From assembly GCA_016869675.1 (NCBI GenBank), contig VGDP01000010.1, positions 5,090 to 69,089 on the forward strand: DNA of 64,000 nt, read 5' to 3'. Below are positions 39,101 to 47,272 of the stretch, piece by piece. The notes under the pieces were generated by a model that saw nothing but the letters and a program-made list of their open reading frames with translations, searched no databases and was not told where the DNA came from. Numbering within the stretch: position 1 is the first letter of the stretch; every line of letters starts with the position of its first letter. This stretch comes from Alphaproteobacteria bacterium. Its GTDB lineage: Bacteria > Pseudomonadota > Alphaproteobacteria > SP197. The position numbers and the translations under genes were made by a program.

Positions 39101-39637
39101 CGCTACAAGGTCGCCGACATCGAGGCGGCGGCGGACGTCGTGGTCTGGTCGTGCGACCGAGCGTCCGGCTTCGCGCCCGGCCGGCCGCAAGACCTCGCCC
39201 ACATCGGCACCATCGTCGAGGCCATGGTGGCCTACCACGAGGGCCGGCTCGGCGCCCGCCCCATCGCGCTCGAGGACGTCGACCGCGTCGTCGCCATCGG
39301 CTCGGACCGCATGATGGCGGCGGTCAAGGCGGCGCGCCATGGCGTGTTCGCCGGCGTGCTCAAGCCGTGCCATCACGCGCTCGGGTCGATCAACTCGCCC
39401 ATGCAGTGCATGATGAAGGAGATCTGCGCCCAGTGCCTGCAGCCGCAGGTGGACCCGGCCACCGGCGCGCCGCGTCCGCCTGTCTTCTCGTGCTTCAACC
39501 AGGACCAGGCGCTCGACGCGGTCGATTTCCCGGCGCTCGCCCAGCGGCTGCGGCAGAATTCGGTGCAGGAGAAGCTGACCGCCCAGTGGATCGACCGCTG
39601 CCTGCGCGGCCTCGCGCTGCGCCCCGCGGCGGAGTAG
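36173..39637 (+). CDS. large multi-domain flavoprotein: N-terminal Cys-rich Fe-S region, GltD/pyridine-nucleotide-disulfide-oxidoreductase-like domain, and C-terminal FNR/PyrK-like FAD/NAD(P)-binding domain (about 1150 aa)
   Basis: Cys motifs CIFCHNQGKDSC, GCPLDE and CNDCMKAC. Motifs RRVLVVGLGPAGFNLA and LPVVVVGGGLTAIDTA (two dinucleotide folds). An FNR-like module (RPGQFYRL, VLLAGGGLGNA) and C-terminal Cys pairs CHHALGS...CMMKEICAQC. Confidence 0.7.
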   Translation: MSDLRLAHDFAFADLYDQVGLGRLDAAFLAHLTGVDPGLGLRLGAARARPEALAPKEESELLVALAPHLEDFVADLFGIRREVAALRARHDALAPIYDCKRLFVRRRAAKALTADEAAALDGTALEADLVAAIGAPVTEPTFARAVMGWLEDEPAHGAVLAAAERFAAWATQVAMGRARFAGGFLFHLPHKLDHQHLIEAETVDVADAPALALPPERQRHREGFALTDPGMDLAAALDHAHYCIFCHNQGKDSCAKGFRDKTGGFRANPLGIPLNGCPLDEKISEMNMLKAAGHALGALAVVAVDNPLLAATGHRICNDCMKACIYQKQEPVDIPQVETRVLKDVLDLPWGFEIYGLLTRWNPLDLRRPLPRVATGRRVLVVGLGPAGFNLAHHLLRDGHTVVGVDGLKIEPLAAELSGVASDGARVPFRPVRDLAELVEPLDRRVMAGFGGVAEYGITVRWNKNYLKIVRLLLERNRAFTMIGGVRMGGTLGIERAFALGFDHVALCVGAGRPTYLDLPNGLARGVRAASDFLMALQLTGAARTDSIANLQVRLPVVVVGGGLTAIDTATEALAYYPVQVEKFLARYEALAAERGEVAVRAAWDTEEAVIADEFLAHGRALRAERARAVAEGRAPDLRRVLDGWGGVTLAYRKRLVDAPSYRLNHEEVGKALEEGIRFAEGLSPTAVAIDRFGHAEAILMDRAGASVRLPARTIMVAAGTHPNTVLAREEPGLFGLDAGCFAALDEDGAPAPAERSAKPTSVRVLAHLCPDGRAVSTFGDVHPSFAGNVVKAMGGAKQGYPVITRLLARLPRVARDDAAFRAALDGLRACVHAVNRLTPTIVEVVVEAPFAARAFRPGQFYRLQNFETLAPRTADTTLAMEGLAMTGAWTDPDRGLLGLIVLEMGGSSDLTAMLRPGEPVVVMGPTGTPTEIVPGETVLLAGGGLGNAVLFSIGRAMRAAGCRVLYFAGYRDAADRYKVADIEAAADVVVWSCDRASGFAPGRPQDLAHIGTIVEAMVAYHEGRLGARPIALEDVDRVVAIGSDRMMAAVKAARHGVFAGVLKPCHHALGSINSPMQCMMKEICAQCLQPQVDPATGAPRPPVFSCFNQDQALDAVDFPALAQRLRQNSVQEKLTAQWIDRCLRGLALRPAAE

Positions 39638-39644
39638 CCGCCGC

Positions 39645-40784
39645 TCAGCGATCCTTGGCGTGCGCCGCCGTCGCCGCCGCGCGGAGCCAAGCCACCGGGT
39701 CGTCCCGGTGGTAGGGGTGCTCGGCCGGCTCGATCGCGTCCAGGAAGCCCTGGTAGACGGCTGCGCGCCGCGCCGCTGCCACGGGCGCCAGCAGGGTCGC
39801 GGCGCGCTCCGGCGCGCAGCCGAGAACGATGTCCGACCACAGCCGCGCCCAGTGGCGGCGCACGGCCGGCGCCGCATCGGCCGGCACCCGTCCCAGGAAC
39901 GCCGAATGGTCGAGCAGCGGGTGACCGACGACGCTGTCGCCCCAGTCAAGCAGGGTGAGGGCCCGTCTGTCGCCCCGGAAATTGCCCGGGTGCATGTCGC
40001 CGTGCACCAGCGTCGCGGGCAGGCCGCACGCGGCGATGGCGTCGAGGCGTTCCGGCAGGTCTCGGGCGAAACGATCGAGCATCGAGCGATCCTCGGCCGG
40101 CAGGTCGGCCATCCGGCGCTCGACCGTCGCCATGATCGCCGCGCCGAGCCTGGGGGCGCGCGCATCGGGCACGCCGAGCGCGGGCAGTTTGTCGACGCGC
40201 CCGGCCCACGACGCCTGCAGCGCGACCAGCAGCGACACCATGGCCAGATACCGCGTCGCGTCGGCGTCATAGAGATTCTCGCCCGCCACGTGCGCGAGCA
40301 GCTCGCCTTCGTGCGCCAGGAATCTGGGCACGACCTTGAGCCACGCGCATCCCTGGGCGAGCGGCAGGCGCCACAGGCTGGACAGGTTCCAGGTGCGCAC
40401 CTGGACCGGCCGCCCGGCCAGCCGCAGTCCGTGCTCCGCCAGGATGCCCCGTGCCCAGGCCAGGTCCGCCGTCGGCCCGCCGAGGCGCGCGTAGCCGGCG
40501 CGCCGTGGCTGGTCGTCGAGCACGCCATGCCACGGCTGGACGGGCAGGTCGCTGGGGGAAACGTCGGGGTCCAGTTCGGCGAGGTACGTGACCGCGCCGC
40601 CGGGCGGGCGCTCGTTGGCCGCCTCGAGCAGACGCAGGATCGTCACGCCGATGCCGAATCGCTCGCGCGCCGTGGCGACGACCGGCTCGACCTCCTGCCA
40701 CCAGGGCGTCGTGACGGCGAAGGTCGGCAAGGCGCCAACCACGTCGCCCGTCGCTGTCACCAGGACCAGCCGAACCGTACGCAC
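39645..40784 (-). CDS. phosphotransferase enzyme family protein (APH/choline-kinase-like)
   Basis: Catalytic loop HGDMHPGNF (Brenner motif) and DWGDSVVGHPLLD (metal-binding D). 379 aa with an N-terminal accessory domain. Confidence 0.7.
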   Translation of the reverse strand: MRTVRLVLVTATGDVVGALPTFAVTTPWWQEVEPVVATARERFGIGVTILRLLEAANERPPGGAVTYLAELDPDVSPSDLPVQPWHGVLDDQPRRAGYARLGGPTADLAWARGILAEHGLRLAGRPVQVRTWNLSSLWRLPLAQGCAWLKVVPRFLAHEGELLAHVAGENLYDADATRYLAMVSLLVALQASWAGRVDKLPALGVPDARAPRLGAAIMATVERRMADLPAEDRSMLDRFARDLPERLDAIAACGLPATLVHGDMHPGNFRGDRRALTLLDWGDSVVGHPLLDHSAFLGRVPADAAPAVRRHWARLWSDIVLGCAPERAATLLAPVAAARRAAVYQGFLDAIEPAEHPYHRDDPVAWLRAAATAAHAKDR

Positions 40785-40968
40785 TCGCTAGCGCCGCTTG
40801 AGCAATGTTGTCGCCTTCATCCCTTCCTGTCGTTCCCGGGCGACGCGCACGCGGCGAACCGGGAACCCAGGGCCGCGCACCGCCAAGCCTCCCTATGGGT
40901 CGCCGGTTCCGGCCTGCGGCCGGCCCAGGGATGACAATCTCTGTGGTTCCGCGTTCGGTGGACCTGCG

Positions 40969-41787
40969 CTAGGCCGTACGCGGCTCGGCCATCAGGTCCT
41001 TGCTGGACGGGTTGGGCGGCGCCACCGCGACATTGTCGAAGCTCATGAGGCCGATCAGGCGCGGCGGCGCGCCGACGATGGGCGTGACCCGGTGCATCGC
41101 GTTGTGGCCGTGGAAGATCAGCAGGTCGCCGGGCGCCGGGTCGAAGCTGTGGTGATGGCGGTCCTCGCCGGCCAGGATGGCCGCGACGCCCGCCTCGTTC
41201 GCGTCGGCGGCCGAGCGGGCGCCGGGTATCCAGTCGAACCGGCCGCCGCCTTGGGCGCGGCGGAACAGGATCGAGGCGACGGTCTCGTTGGCATCGAAGT
41301 GCCAGCCCAGTTCCTCGCCTTCGCGCATGACCGTGACGTTAAGCGAGCCGCGCGGTTCGCTGTAGCGGAACACGAGCTGGCCGGGCGTCAGCGCGCGCAT
41401 GAAGGCGAGCATGGCGTCGCCTTCATAGAGCGCGCGGAACGGCGAGGCGGCCGGGATGTCGGTGCGCGCGACGTAGCCCACGGCGAACGTCACCGCTGTC
41501 GCCTTGGGGTGGCCGGGCGGGAACGCGGGGTCCGGTTTGCGGTATTAGGGCGTGTAGCGGCTGTTGCTGTGCCGGGCGAGCGGAGCCACCGCTTCGGCCT
41601 CGGCCAGGCAGCACGCCAGGCCCTCGGGCGTCAGGAAGCCGGGCAGGCGGCAGCCGCCGCGCGCGGCCAACTCGCCGCGCGTCCGTTCGAGGAAAACGCG
41701 GCCCTCGGGCGACCCCAACCGGTCGAGCGGGTAGCGCGCGCGATCGACGATGCCGAATCCCGCCGGCACGATGGCGTCAACGGGCAT
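40969..41787 (-). pseudogene. 2OG-Fe(II) oxygenase superfamily gene interrupted by an in-frame TAA (41545..41547)
   Basis: An N-terminal 80-aa ORF (41545..41787) and a C-terminal ORF (40969..41493, GTG start) are in the same frame. One TAA codon and 17 sense codons separate them. The C-terminal part carries the HxD...H triad (WHFD...HGHNAMHRV). Confidence 0.5.
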
Positions 41788-42085
41788 TGTCGCGCTTGAC
41801 CGCCTCGTGATGGCGGATCACCTCCTTGACCACGAAGGCCAGGAACTTCTCGGCGAACTCGGGATCGAGCTTGGCGTCCGTCGCGAGGCGGCGCAGGCGC
41901 GCCACCTGCTGCGCCTCGCGCGCCGGGTCGGCGGGCGGCAGGTCGTGCTGCACCTTCAGCACGCCGACCCGCTGGGTGCAGCGGAATCGCTCGGCCAGCA
42001 TGTGGATGATCGCCGCGTCGATGTTGTCGATGCTGTCGCGTAGCGTCTGCAGTTCGGGCAGGGTGGCGCCGCTCCGCTTGTCCAT
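41777..42085 (-). CDS. chorismate mutase (AroQ class)
   Basis: LQTLRDSIDNIDAAIIHMLAERFRCTQRVGVLK is the CM_2 helix-1 signature. 102 aa. Confidence 0.8.
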   Translation of the reverse strand: MDKRSGATLPELQTLRDSIDNIDAAIIHMLAERFRCTQRVGVLKVQHDLPPADPAREAQQVARLRRLATDAKLDPEFAEKFLAFVVKEVIRHHEAVKRDNAR

Positions 42086-42124
42086 GTCTCAGTCCCTGGG
42101 CTTGTCCAGCCTCTCGACGTTTTC

Positions 42125-42988
42125 TTAGCACGACCCGGCCGGATCGGGTCGATCCAGCCGCACGTCGGCCAGCAGCGTCTCCAGCCATGGCCAGCGGGCC
42201 GCGGCCGTCTTGTCCGCCACGAAGTACGCCGTGCGTTCGAATGTGGGCGTATCGGGTACCGGGTGCAGCCGGCCCGCCGCGATGTGCGGCTTCGCCAGGC
42301 GATCGGGCAGGTAGGCCGAACCGCCCCACGCCAGGATGTGGTCGAGCGCCCAGGCGGCGCAGCCGAACACCACCGTCGGCGTGTCGCCATCTGGGTAGGC
42401 GGTGGCGTGAGCACGCCGGAACGCCTCGCCGAAGTCCACGTAGACGTAGCGCGAGTCCCAGCGTACCCGGCCGCGCGGCACGGTCGAGACCAGGACCAGA
42501 CGGTCGGCGCCAAGCGGCTGTGCCGTCCACGGCTCGCGCAGGCTGGGCGAATAGCAGAACACCGCGTCGACCAGTCCGCTGCCGAGCCAGCGGTCCATGT
42601 CCGGCTGCTCGCCCGGCCACGCCGCGACCGCGACGCGCGGATGATCGGTGCGCAGGCGCTCGAAGAACGCGCGGCCGACGCCCGCCCACAGGTCGAAGTG
42701 GCAGCCCAGGTTGCACACCGACTCCATCTCGGCCGGCAGCGCCGCTTCCTGGCGCGCTTGGCGCCACAGGTCGGTCATGAGCTGGGCGTAGCGCAGGAAC
42801 TTGAACCCGGCGGAGGTCAGCTCGGCACCGGACTTGCGGCGGATCAGCAGTTCCTGACCCAGTTTGCGCTCGAGCGCGCTGAGCCGTGTCGTCACCGTCG
42901 ACGGCGTCACGTTCAGGCGCGTCGCGGCGCGCACGAGCGAACCGGTCTCGACCACGGTCAGGAACGTACGGAGTGTGGTACTATCCAC
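42125..42988 (-). CDS. LysR family transcriptional regulator
   Basis: HTH LRTFLTVVETGSLVRAATRLNVTPSTVTTRLSALE. 287 aa. Paralog of the regulator at 27483..28340. Confidence 0.85.
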   Translation of the reverse strand: MDSTTLRTFLTVVETGSLVRAATRLNVTPSTVTTRLSALERKLGQELLIRRKSGAELTSAGFKFLRYAQLMTDLWRQARQEAALPAEMESVCNLGCHFDLWAGVGRAFFERLRTDHPRVAVAAWPGEQPDMDRWLGSGLVDAVFCYSPSLREPWTAQPLGADRLVLVSTVPRGRVRWDSRYVYVDFGEAFRRAHATAYPDGDTPTVVFGCAAWALDHILAWGGSAYLPDRLAKPHIAAGRLHPVPDTPTFERTAYFVADKTAAARWPWLETLLADVRLDRPDPAGSC

Positions 42989-43110
42989 GGAGATAAGCCA
43001 AATTTGTGAAATATAAAATTTTATGCCTAATAAATTTCGATATCAATGATTTCGCTCCTCGACCATGATACCGACCGCGAGACAACCACCACCGACGGCG
43101 CGCGCGAGCC

Positions 43111-44148
43111 ATGGAATTCAACCACTTCCTCTCCAGCTACTACCCGGACCCGCGCTATGGCGCCGTGCGGCTCTACGCCGACATGATCGAACAGGCGCGA
43201 CTGGCCGAGCGGCTCGGCTACCAGTCGGTCGCATTGCCCGAGCACCACCTGATCAACATCCTGCTGACGCCCGCGCCGCTCTCCATGGCGGTCAAGGTGG
43301 CAGCCGAGACCAAGCGCGTGCGCATCGTCACCTCGGTCGTTGTGCTGCCGCTGCACGACATGCGCGTCTACGCCGGCGAACTGGTGGTCGCCGACGCGCT
43401 GACCGACGGCCGGCTGATCCTGGGTGTAGGGCGCGGCGCGTTCGGCTACGAGATGGACCGCATGGGCGTGCCGCTGGCGGACAGCCGCGCCAAGTTCGAC
43501 GAATCGCTCGACGTGTTGAACGCCCTGCTGACCCGCGAGGAGGTTTCGTGGGACGGTCGCTGGTACACGTTTGATCCGATCACCGTGATGCCGCGCCCGG
43601 CGCGCCCGATCCCCATGATGATCGCGGCGCTGGCGCCCGAGGCGATCTACCACTCGGTCAAGCGCGGCTGCCACATCCAGACCACGCCGCTGATGGGCAC
43701 GCGCGAGCACATGCTCGAGCAGGTGGATGCCTTCCGCCGCGGCCGGGACGAGCTCGGCGCCGCCGGCCGCCACCTTGAGCTCTCGTTGCTGCGCGTCGCC
43801 TACGTGGCGCGCGACGAGGCCGACAAGAAGGCCAAGGTCGCCATGGCCTTCGACTACTACAAGCGCTTCGACAACGTGTTCACCGGCCCGGGGATCGTGA
43901 ACCACGGCGCGATCGAGCCGCTGCCGCGCAAGCAGACCATCGAGGAGTTGGAGCGCAACCTGCTGATCGGCACGGCCGCCGAGGTCGAGAACAAGCTGGC
44001 CGAGTACGCCGAGGCCGGCATCGACGAGACGATCCTCAACATGAACATAGGTTGCGGCCAGGCCGAGACGCTGGCGTCCATGGAGCGCTTCGCCGCGACC
44101 GTCATGCCGCGCTTCACCGCGGGCCTGCGCGTGGCCTCGGCGCGATGA
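43111..44148 (+). CDS. LLM-class flavin-dependent oxidoreductase (luciferase-like monooxygenase)
   Basis: TIM-barrel LLM signature (LGYQSVALPEHH, ILGVGRGA). 345 aa. Confidence 0.85.
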   Translation: MEFNHFLSSYYPDPRYGAVRLYADMIEQARLAERLGYQSVALPEHHLINILLTPAPLSMAVKVAAETKRVRIVTSVVVLPLHDMRVYAGELVVADALTDGRLILGVGRGAFGYEMDRMGVPLADSRAKFDESLDVLNALLTREEVSWDGRWYTFDPITVMPRPARPIPMMIAALAPEAIYHSVKRGCHIQTTPLMGTREHMLEQVDAFRRGRDELGAAGRHLELSLLRVAYVARDEADKKAKVAMAFDYYKRFDNVFTGPGIVNHGAIEPLPRKQTIEELERNLLIGTAAEVENKLAEYAEAGIDETILNMNIGCGQAETLASMERFAATVMPRFTAGLRVASAR

Positions 44149-44924
44149 GCGCGGTCGATTGCGCCTTCACCGTTACCGGCAGCGGCCCGCCGCTGATCAT
44201 GGTGCACGGCATCGGCGCGCGGCGCGCCGGCTGGCTGGGCTTGGTCGATCGCCTGAAGAACGACTTCCTGTGCGTGACCTACGACCTGCGCGGCCACGGC
44301 GCCTCACCAGTGCCGCCGCCGCCCTACACGCTCGACGACCTGGTCGACGATCTCGAGGCGGTGCGCGCGCGCCTCGGGCTCGAACGCACCCACATCATCG
44401 GCCACTCGCTCGGCGGCATGATCGGCCCAGCCTACGCCCGGCGCTACCCTGCGCGCGTGATGTCGCTCGGCCTGCTCAGCACCGCCGCGTTCCGCACCGA
44501 GGACGACCGCGCGAAGGTTGAGGCCGTGATCGCCGCGATCGAGCGCGACGGCCTCGACACAGTGCTGCCGACGCTGGTCGCGCGCTGGTACTCGGACGCC
44601 TTCGCCGCCGCCCGGCCCGACGCCGTCGCGGCGCGCCTGCAGCAGGTCAAGGACACGCCGCTCGACGTGTTCCTCAGCGTCTTCCGCATCTACGCCGGCA
44701 CCGAAATGGCGCCCTGGCTGCACGAGATCAGCGCACCGTCGCTCGTGCTGACCGGCGAACTCGACGGCGGCTGCAACCCGCGGCTCAACCGCCGGATCGC
44801 CGAGGCGCTGCCGCGGTCGAAGCTGGTCATCCTCGACGGCCTCAAGCACTCGATTCTGATCGAGGCGCCCGAGCGCGTGGCCGAACCCGTGCGCGACTTC
44901 CTTACAGCCGGCGCGGGGGTTTGA
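44145..44924 (+). CDS. alpha/beta hydrolase (enol-lactonase-like)
   Basis: HGIG oxyanion motif, GHSLGG nucleophile elbow, C-terminal catalytic His. ATGA overlap with the LLM gene. Confidence 0.8.
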   Translation: MSAVDCAFTVTGSGPPLIMVHGIGARRAGWLGLVDRLKNDFLCVTYDLRGHGASPVPPPPYTLDDLVDDLEAVRARLGLERTHIIGHSLGGMIGPAYARRYPARVMSLGLLSTAAFRTEDDRAKVEAVIAAIERDGLDTVLPTLVARWYSDAFAAARPDAVAARLQQVKDTPLDVFLSVFRIYAGTEMAPWLHEISAPSLVLTGELDGGCNPRLNRRIAEALPRSKLVILDGLKHSILIEAPERVAEPVRDFLTAGAGV

Positions 44925-44927
44925 GCG

Positions 44928-46184
44928 TCACCCGATCCCCGGCACCGGGAAGCGCAGTGACAGGTCCATCACCTCGGCGCGGATCTTCTTGAGATCCTCG
45001 TTGCCGCCGGCGCGCGCCGCGCGCACGATGAAATCGGCGACCTGGCGCATCTCGGCTTCCTTCATGCCGCGCGTGGTCAGCGCGGGCGTGCCCAGCCGGA
45101 TGCCCGAGGGGCTCATGGCCGAGCGCAGATCGTCGGCGATCATGTTCTTGTTGAGCGTGATGCCCACCTCGTCCAGCACGTTCTGGATGTCGCCGCCCGG
45201 CTTGCCGAAGCTCTTCACCGCGTCGGCCAGCATCAGGTGGTTGTCGGTACCGTTGGTGATCAGCTTGACGCCCTGGTCCATCAGGCGCTGGGCCATGGCC
45301 TTGGCGTTCGCGACGATCTGGAGCGCGTAGGTCTTGAACTCGGGCTTCAGCGCCTCGCCGAAGGCCACCGCCTTGGCCGCCACCATCTGCATGATCGGGC
45401 CGCCCTGGAAACCGGGGAACACGGCCTTGTCGATTTTCTTACCCAGCTCGCGCTCGTGCGTCAGGATCATGCCGCCGCGCGGGCCGCGCAGGCTCTTGTG
45501 CGTGGTCGACAGCATCACGTCGAAGCCGTCGTCGAACGGGTTGCGCGCGGCGCCGCCCGCGATCAGGCCGGCGATATGGGCGACGTCGGCCACGGCGTAG
45601 GCGCCCACCTCGGTCGCGATCGCGCGCATGGCCTTGTAGTTCAACTCGCGCGGGTAGGCCGAGAACCCGGCCAGCACGATCTTGGGGTTCTCCGCCTTGG
45701 CGACCTGGCGCATGGCATCGTAGTCGATCTCGCCGGTCTCGATGCTCTTCATCTTGTATCGCACGAAGCGGAACACCTTGGCCACGTGGGTCACCGGATG
45801 GCCGTGGGTCAGGTGCCCGCCGTGGCTCAGGTCCATGCCCAGGATGGTGTCGCCCGGTTCGGCGAGCGCGAAGTAGGTCGCGATGTTCGCCGGCGCGCCG
45901 GCGTGGCTCTGGACGTTGGCGTGGCCGGCGCCGAACAGCTGCTTGGCGCGCTCGATCGCCTCGGCCTCGATCTTGTCCATCACCTCGTTGCCGCCGTAGT
46001 AGCGCGCGCCGGGATAGCCCTCGCTGTACTTGTTGTTCAGCACGCTCGACATGGCTTCCATGACGGCGGGGCTGACATAGTTCTCGCTGCAGATCAGCTC
46101 GAGCCCGGTGCGCTGGCGCTCCTCCTCCTCCTTGATGAGGCCGTGGATCAAGGGATCGGTCTTGTCGAGGAAGCGGTAGTCCAT
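44928..46184 (-). CDS. glyA: serine hydroxymethyltransferase
   Basis: Motif LICSENYVSPAVMEA and the PLP-lysine region TTHKSLRGPRGG. Conserved along its full length. Start taken at MDYRFLDKTDPL. Confidence 0.9.
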   Translation of the reverse strand: MDYRFLDKTDPLIHGLIKEEEERQRTGLELICSENYVSPAVMEAMSSVLNNKYSEGYPGARYYGGNEVMDKIEAEAIERAKQLFGAGHANVQSHAGAPANIATYFALAEPGDTILGMDLSHGGHLTHGHPVTHVAKVFRFVRYKMKSIETGEIDYDAMRQVAKAENPKIVLAGFSAYPRELNYKAMRAIATEVGAYAVADVAHIAGLIAGGAARNPFDDGFDVMLSTTHKSLRGPRGGMILTHERELGKKIDKAVFPGFQGGPIMQMVAAKAVAFGEALKPEFKTYALQIVANAKAMAQRLMDQGVKLITNGTDNHLMLADAVKSFGKPGGDIQNVLDEVGITLNKNMIADDLRSAMSPSGIRLGTPALTTRGMKEAEMRQVADFIVRAARAGGNEDLKKIRAEVMDLSLRFPVPGIG

Positions 46185-46359
46185 GACGGGCTCCAGGGTC
46201 GCTGTCCGGGTGACGTACGCCACGCGGCACCGCCACGCAAGCGCGAAGCCGCGTTAGAGCACGGCGGATGTTCCGGTATAGGGCAACGCATGCGACGTGC
46301 CGCCCGTCTCGCCCCAGCCATGATCGTCCTCGCCCTGGCGCTGGGCCAAGACCCCGCCC

Positions 46360-46785
46360 GTGCCGGCGGTGGTGGCACGGGCCCCGGTCGCCGCTCCCAT
46401 CCCGTTGGAACCCGACACGCCGCCAAAGCTCTCGGACGACTCAGCGGTGGCCGTCAGCGCCGATGCCGCGCCGGCCGCGACCATCGCGGGCAACGAAGCG
46501 GACGGACCGGCGCTGGACGCGGACTATGTGCAGCGGCTGCTCGGCTGGCTCGACCGGCACAAGGCGTAACCGGCCCGGGCTCAACGTGACGGTGAGGAGG
46601 GCATTGCCTTCGTCGAGTTCTCTCTGGATCCGGCCGGGCATGTGATCGCCAGCCGCCTGGTGCGAAGCAGCGGCTTCGAGGTTCTCGATCAGGAGGCCCT
46701 GGCCCTGATCGACCGGGCCAGCCCCCTGCCGACGCCGGACCAGCCGGCCACTTTCGTCGCGCCGCTCGAATTCGTCCTTCGTTAG
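46360..46785 (+). pseudogene. TonB C-terminal domain protein with an in-frame TAA (46567..46569) where the conserved Tyr of the H-K-x-Y-P motif would be; the N-terminus is also uncertain
   Basis: Pro/Ala-rich spacer then DADYVQRLLGWLDRHKA-[TAA]-PARAQRDGEEGIAFVEFSLDPAGHVIASRLVRSSGFEVLDQEALALIDRASPLP. This matches the TonB C-terminal domain (HKxYPxxAxxRGEEG...SSG...LDxAAL). The upstream candidate N-terminus MRRAARLAPAMIVLALALG is in a different frame. Confidence 0.45.
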
Positions 46786-46798
46786 GCGCCTCGCCGCA

Positions 46799-47176
46799 TC
46801 AGGCCGCCGGGCGGTCGTGCAGGGCGAAGATCTTGCGCGCGGTCTCGACGACCTCGAGCGTACCCAGGAACCCGGCCGGGATGACGAACGCATCCCCCGC
46901 CACGAACGTGCGGTGCTGGCCGGCCTGATCGGTCACGACGATCTTGCCGCTCAGCAGCACCGACAGTTCGTCCTCGGCGAAGTGGATGCGCCATTTGCCG
47001 GGCGTGCACTCCCAGACGCCCGCGGTGAACGCGCCATCCAGGCTGGCGAAGGCGCTGACGCCCCGGGTCTCGGGGCAGCCGGACAGCACGTGCGGCGGCG
47101 GGCCCCAATTCTCCAGCGGCGTCGTGTCCCTCGGTAAAACACCCGGCAACGGCTGGATTGCCTCGATGGATCGCAT
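46799..47176 (-). CDS. cupin domain protein (DUF861/cupin_3-like)
   Basis: GVWECTPGKWRIHFAEDELSVLLSGKIVV...FVIPAGFLGTLEV small-barrel cupin pattern. 125 aa. Confidence 0.6.
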   Translation of the reverse strand: MRSIEAIQPLPGVLPRDTTPLENWGPPPHVLSGCPETRGVSAFASLDGAFTAGVWECTPGKWRIHFAEDELSVLLSGKIVVTDQAGQHRTFVAGDAFVIPAGFLGTLEVVETARKIFALHDRPAA

Positions 47177-47272
47177 GCTGTGCCCCCCAAAGCCCCCGGA
47201 TCGGTGCCGCCGGCATTGTGGCCCGAACCTTCGCGACGGGGAAGCCGGTCCACCCGGCGCGACGCCACACGA

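Noticed and set aside
41545-41547. In-frame TAA codons (41545 and 46567) as evidence of an alternative genetic code.
   Set aside because: Every other gene uses TAA/TGA/TAG as normal stops. No bacterial code reassigns TAA. Read as a mutation or error.
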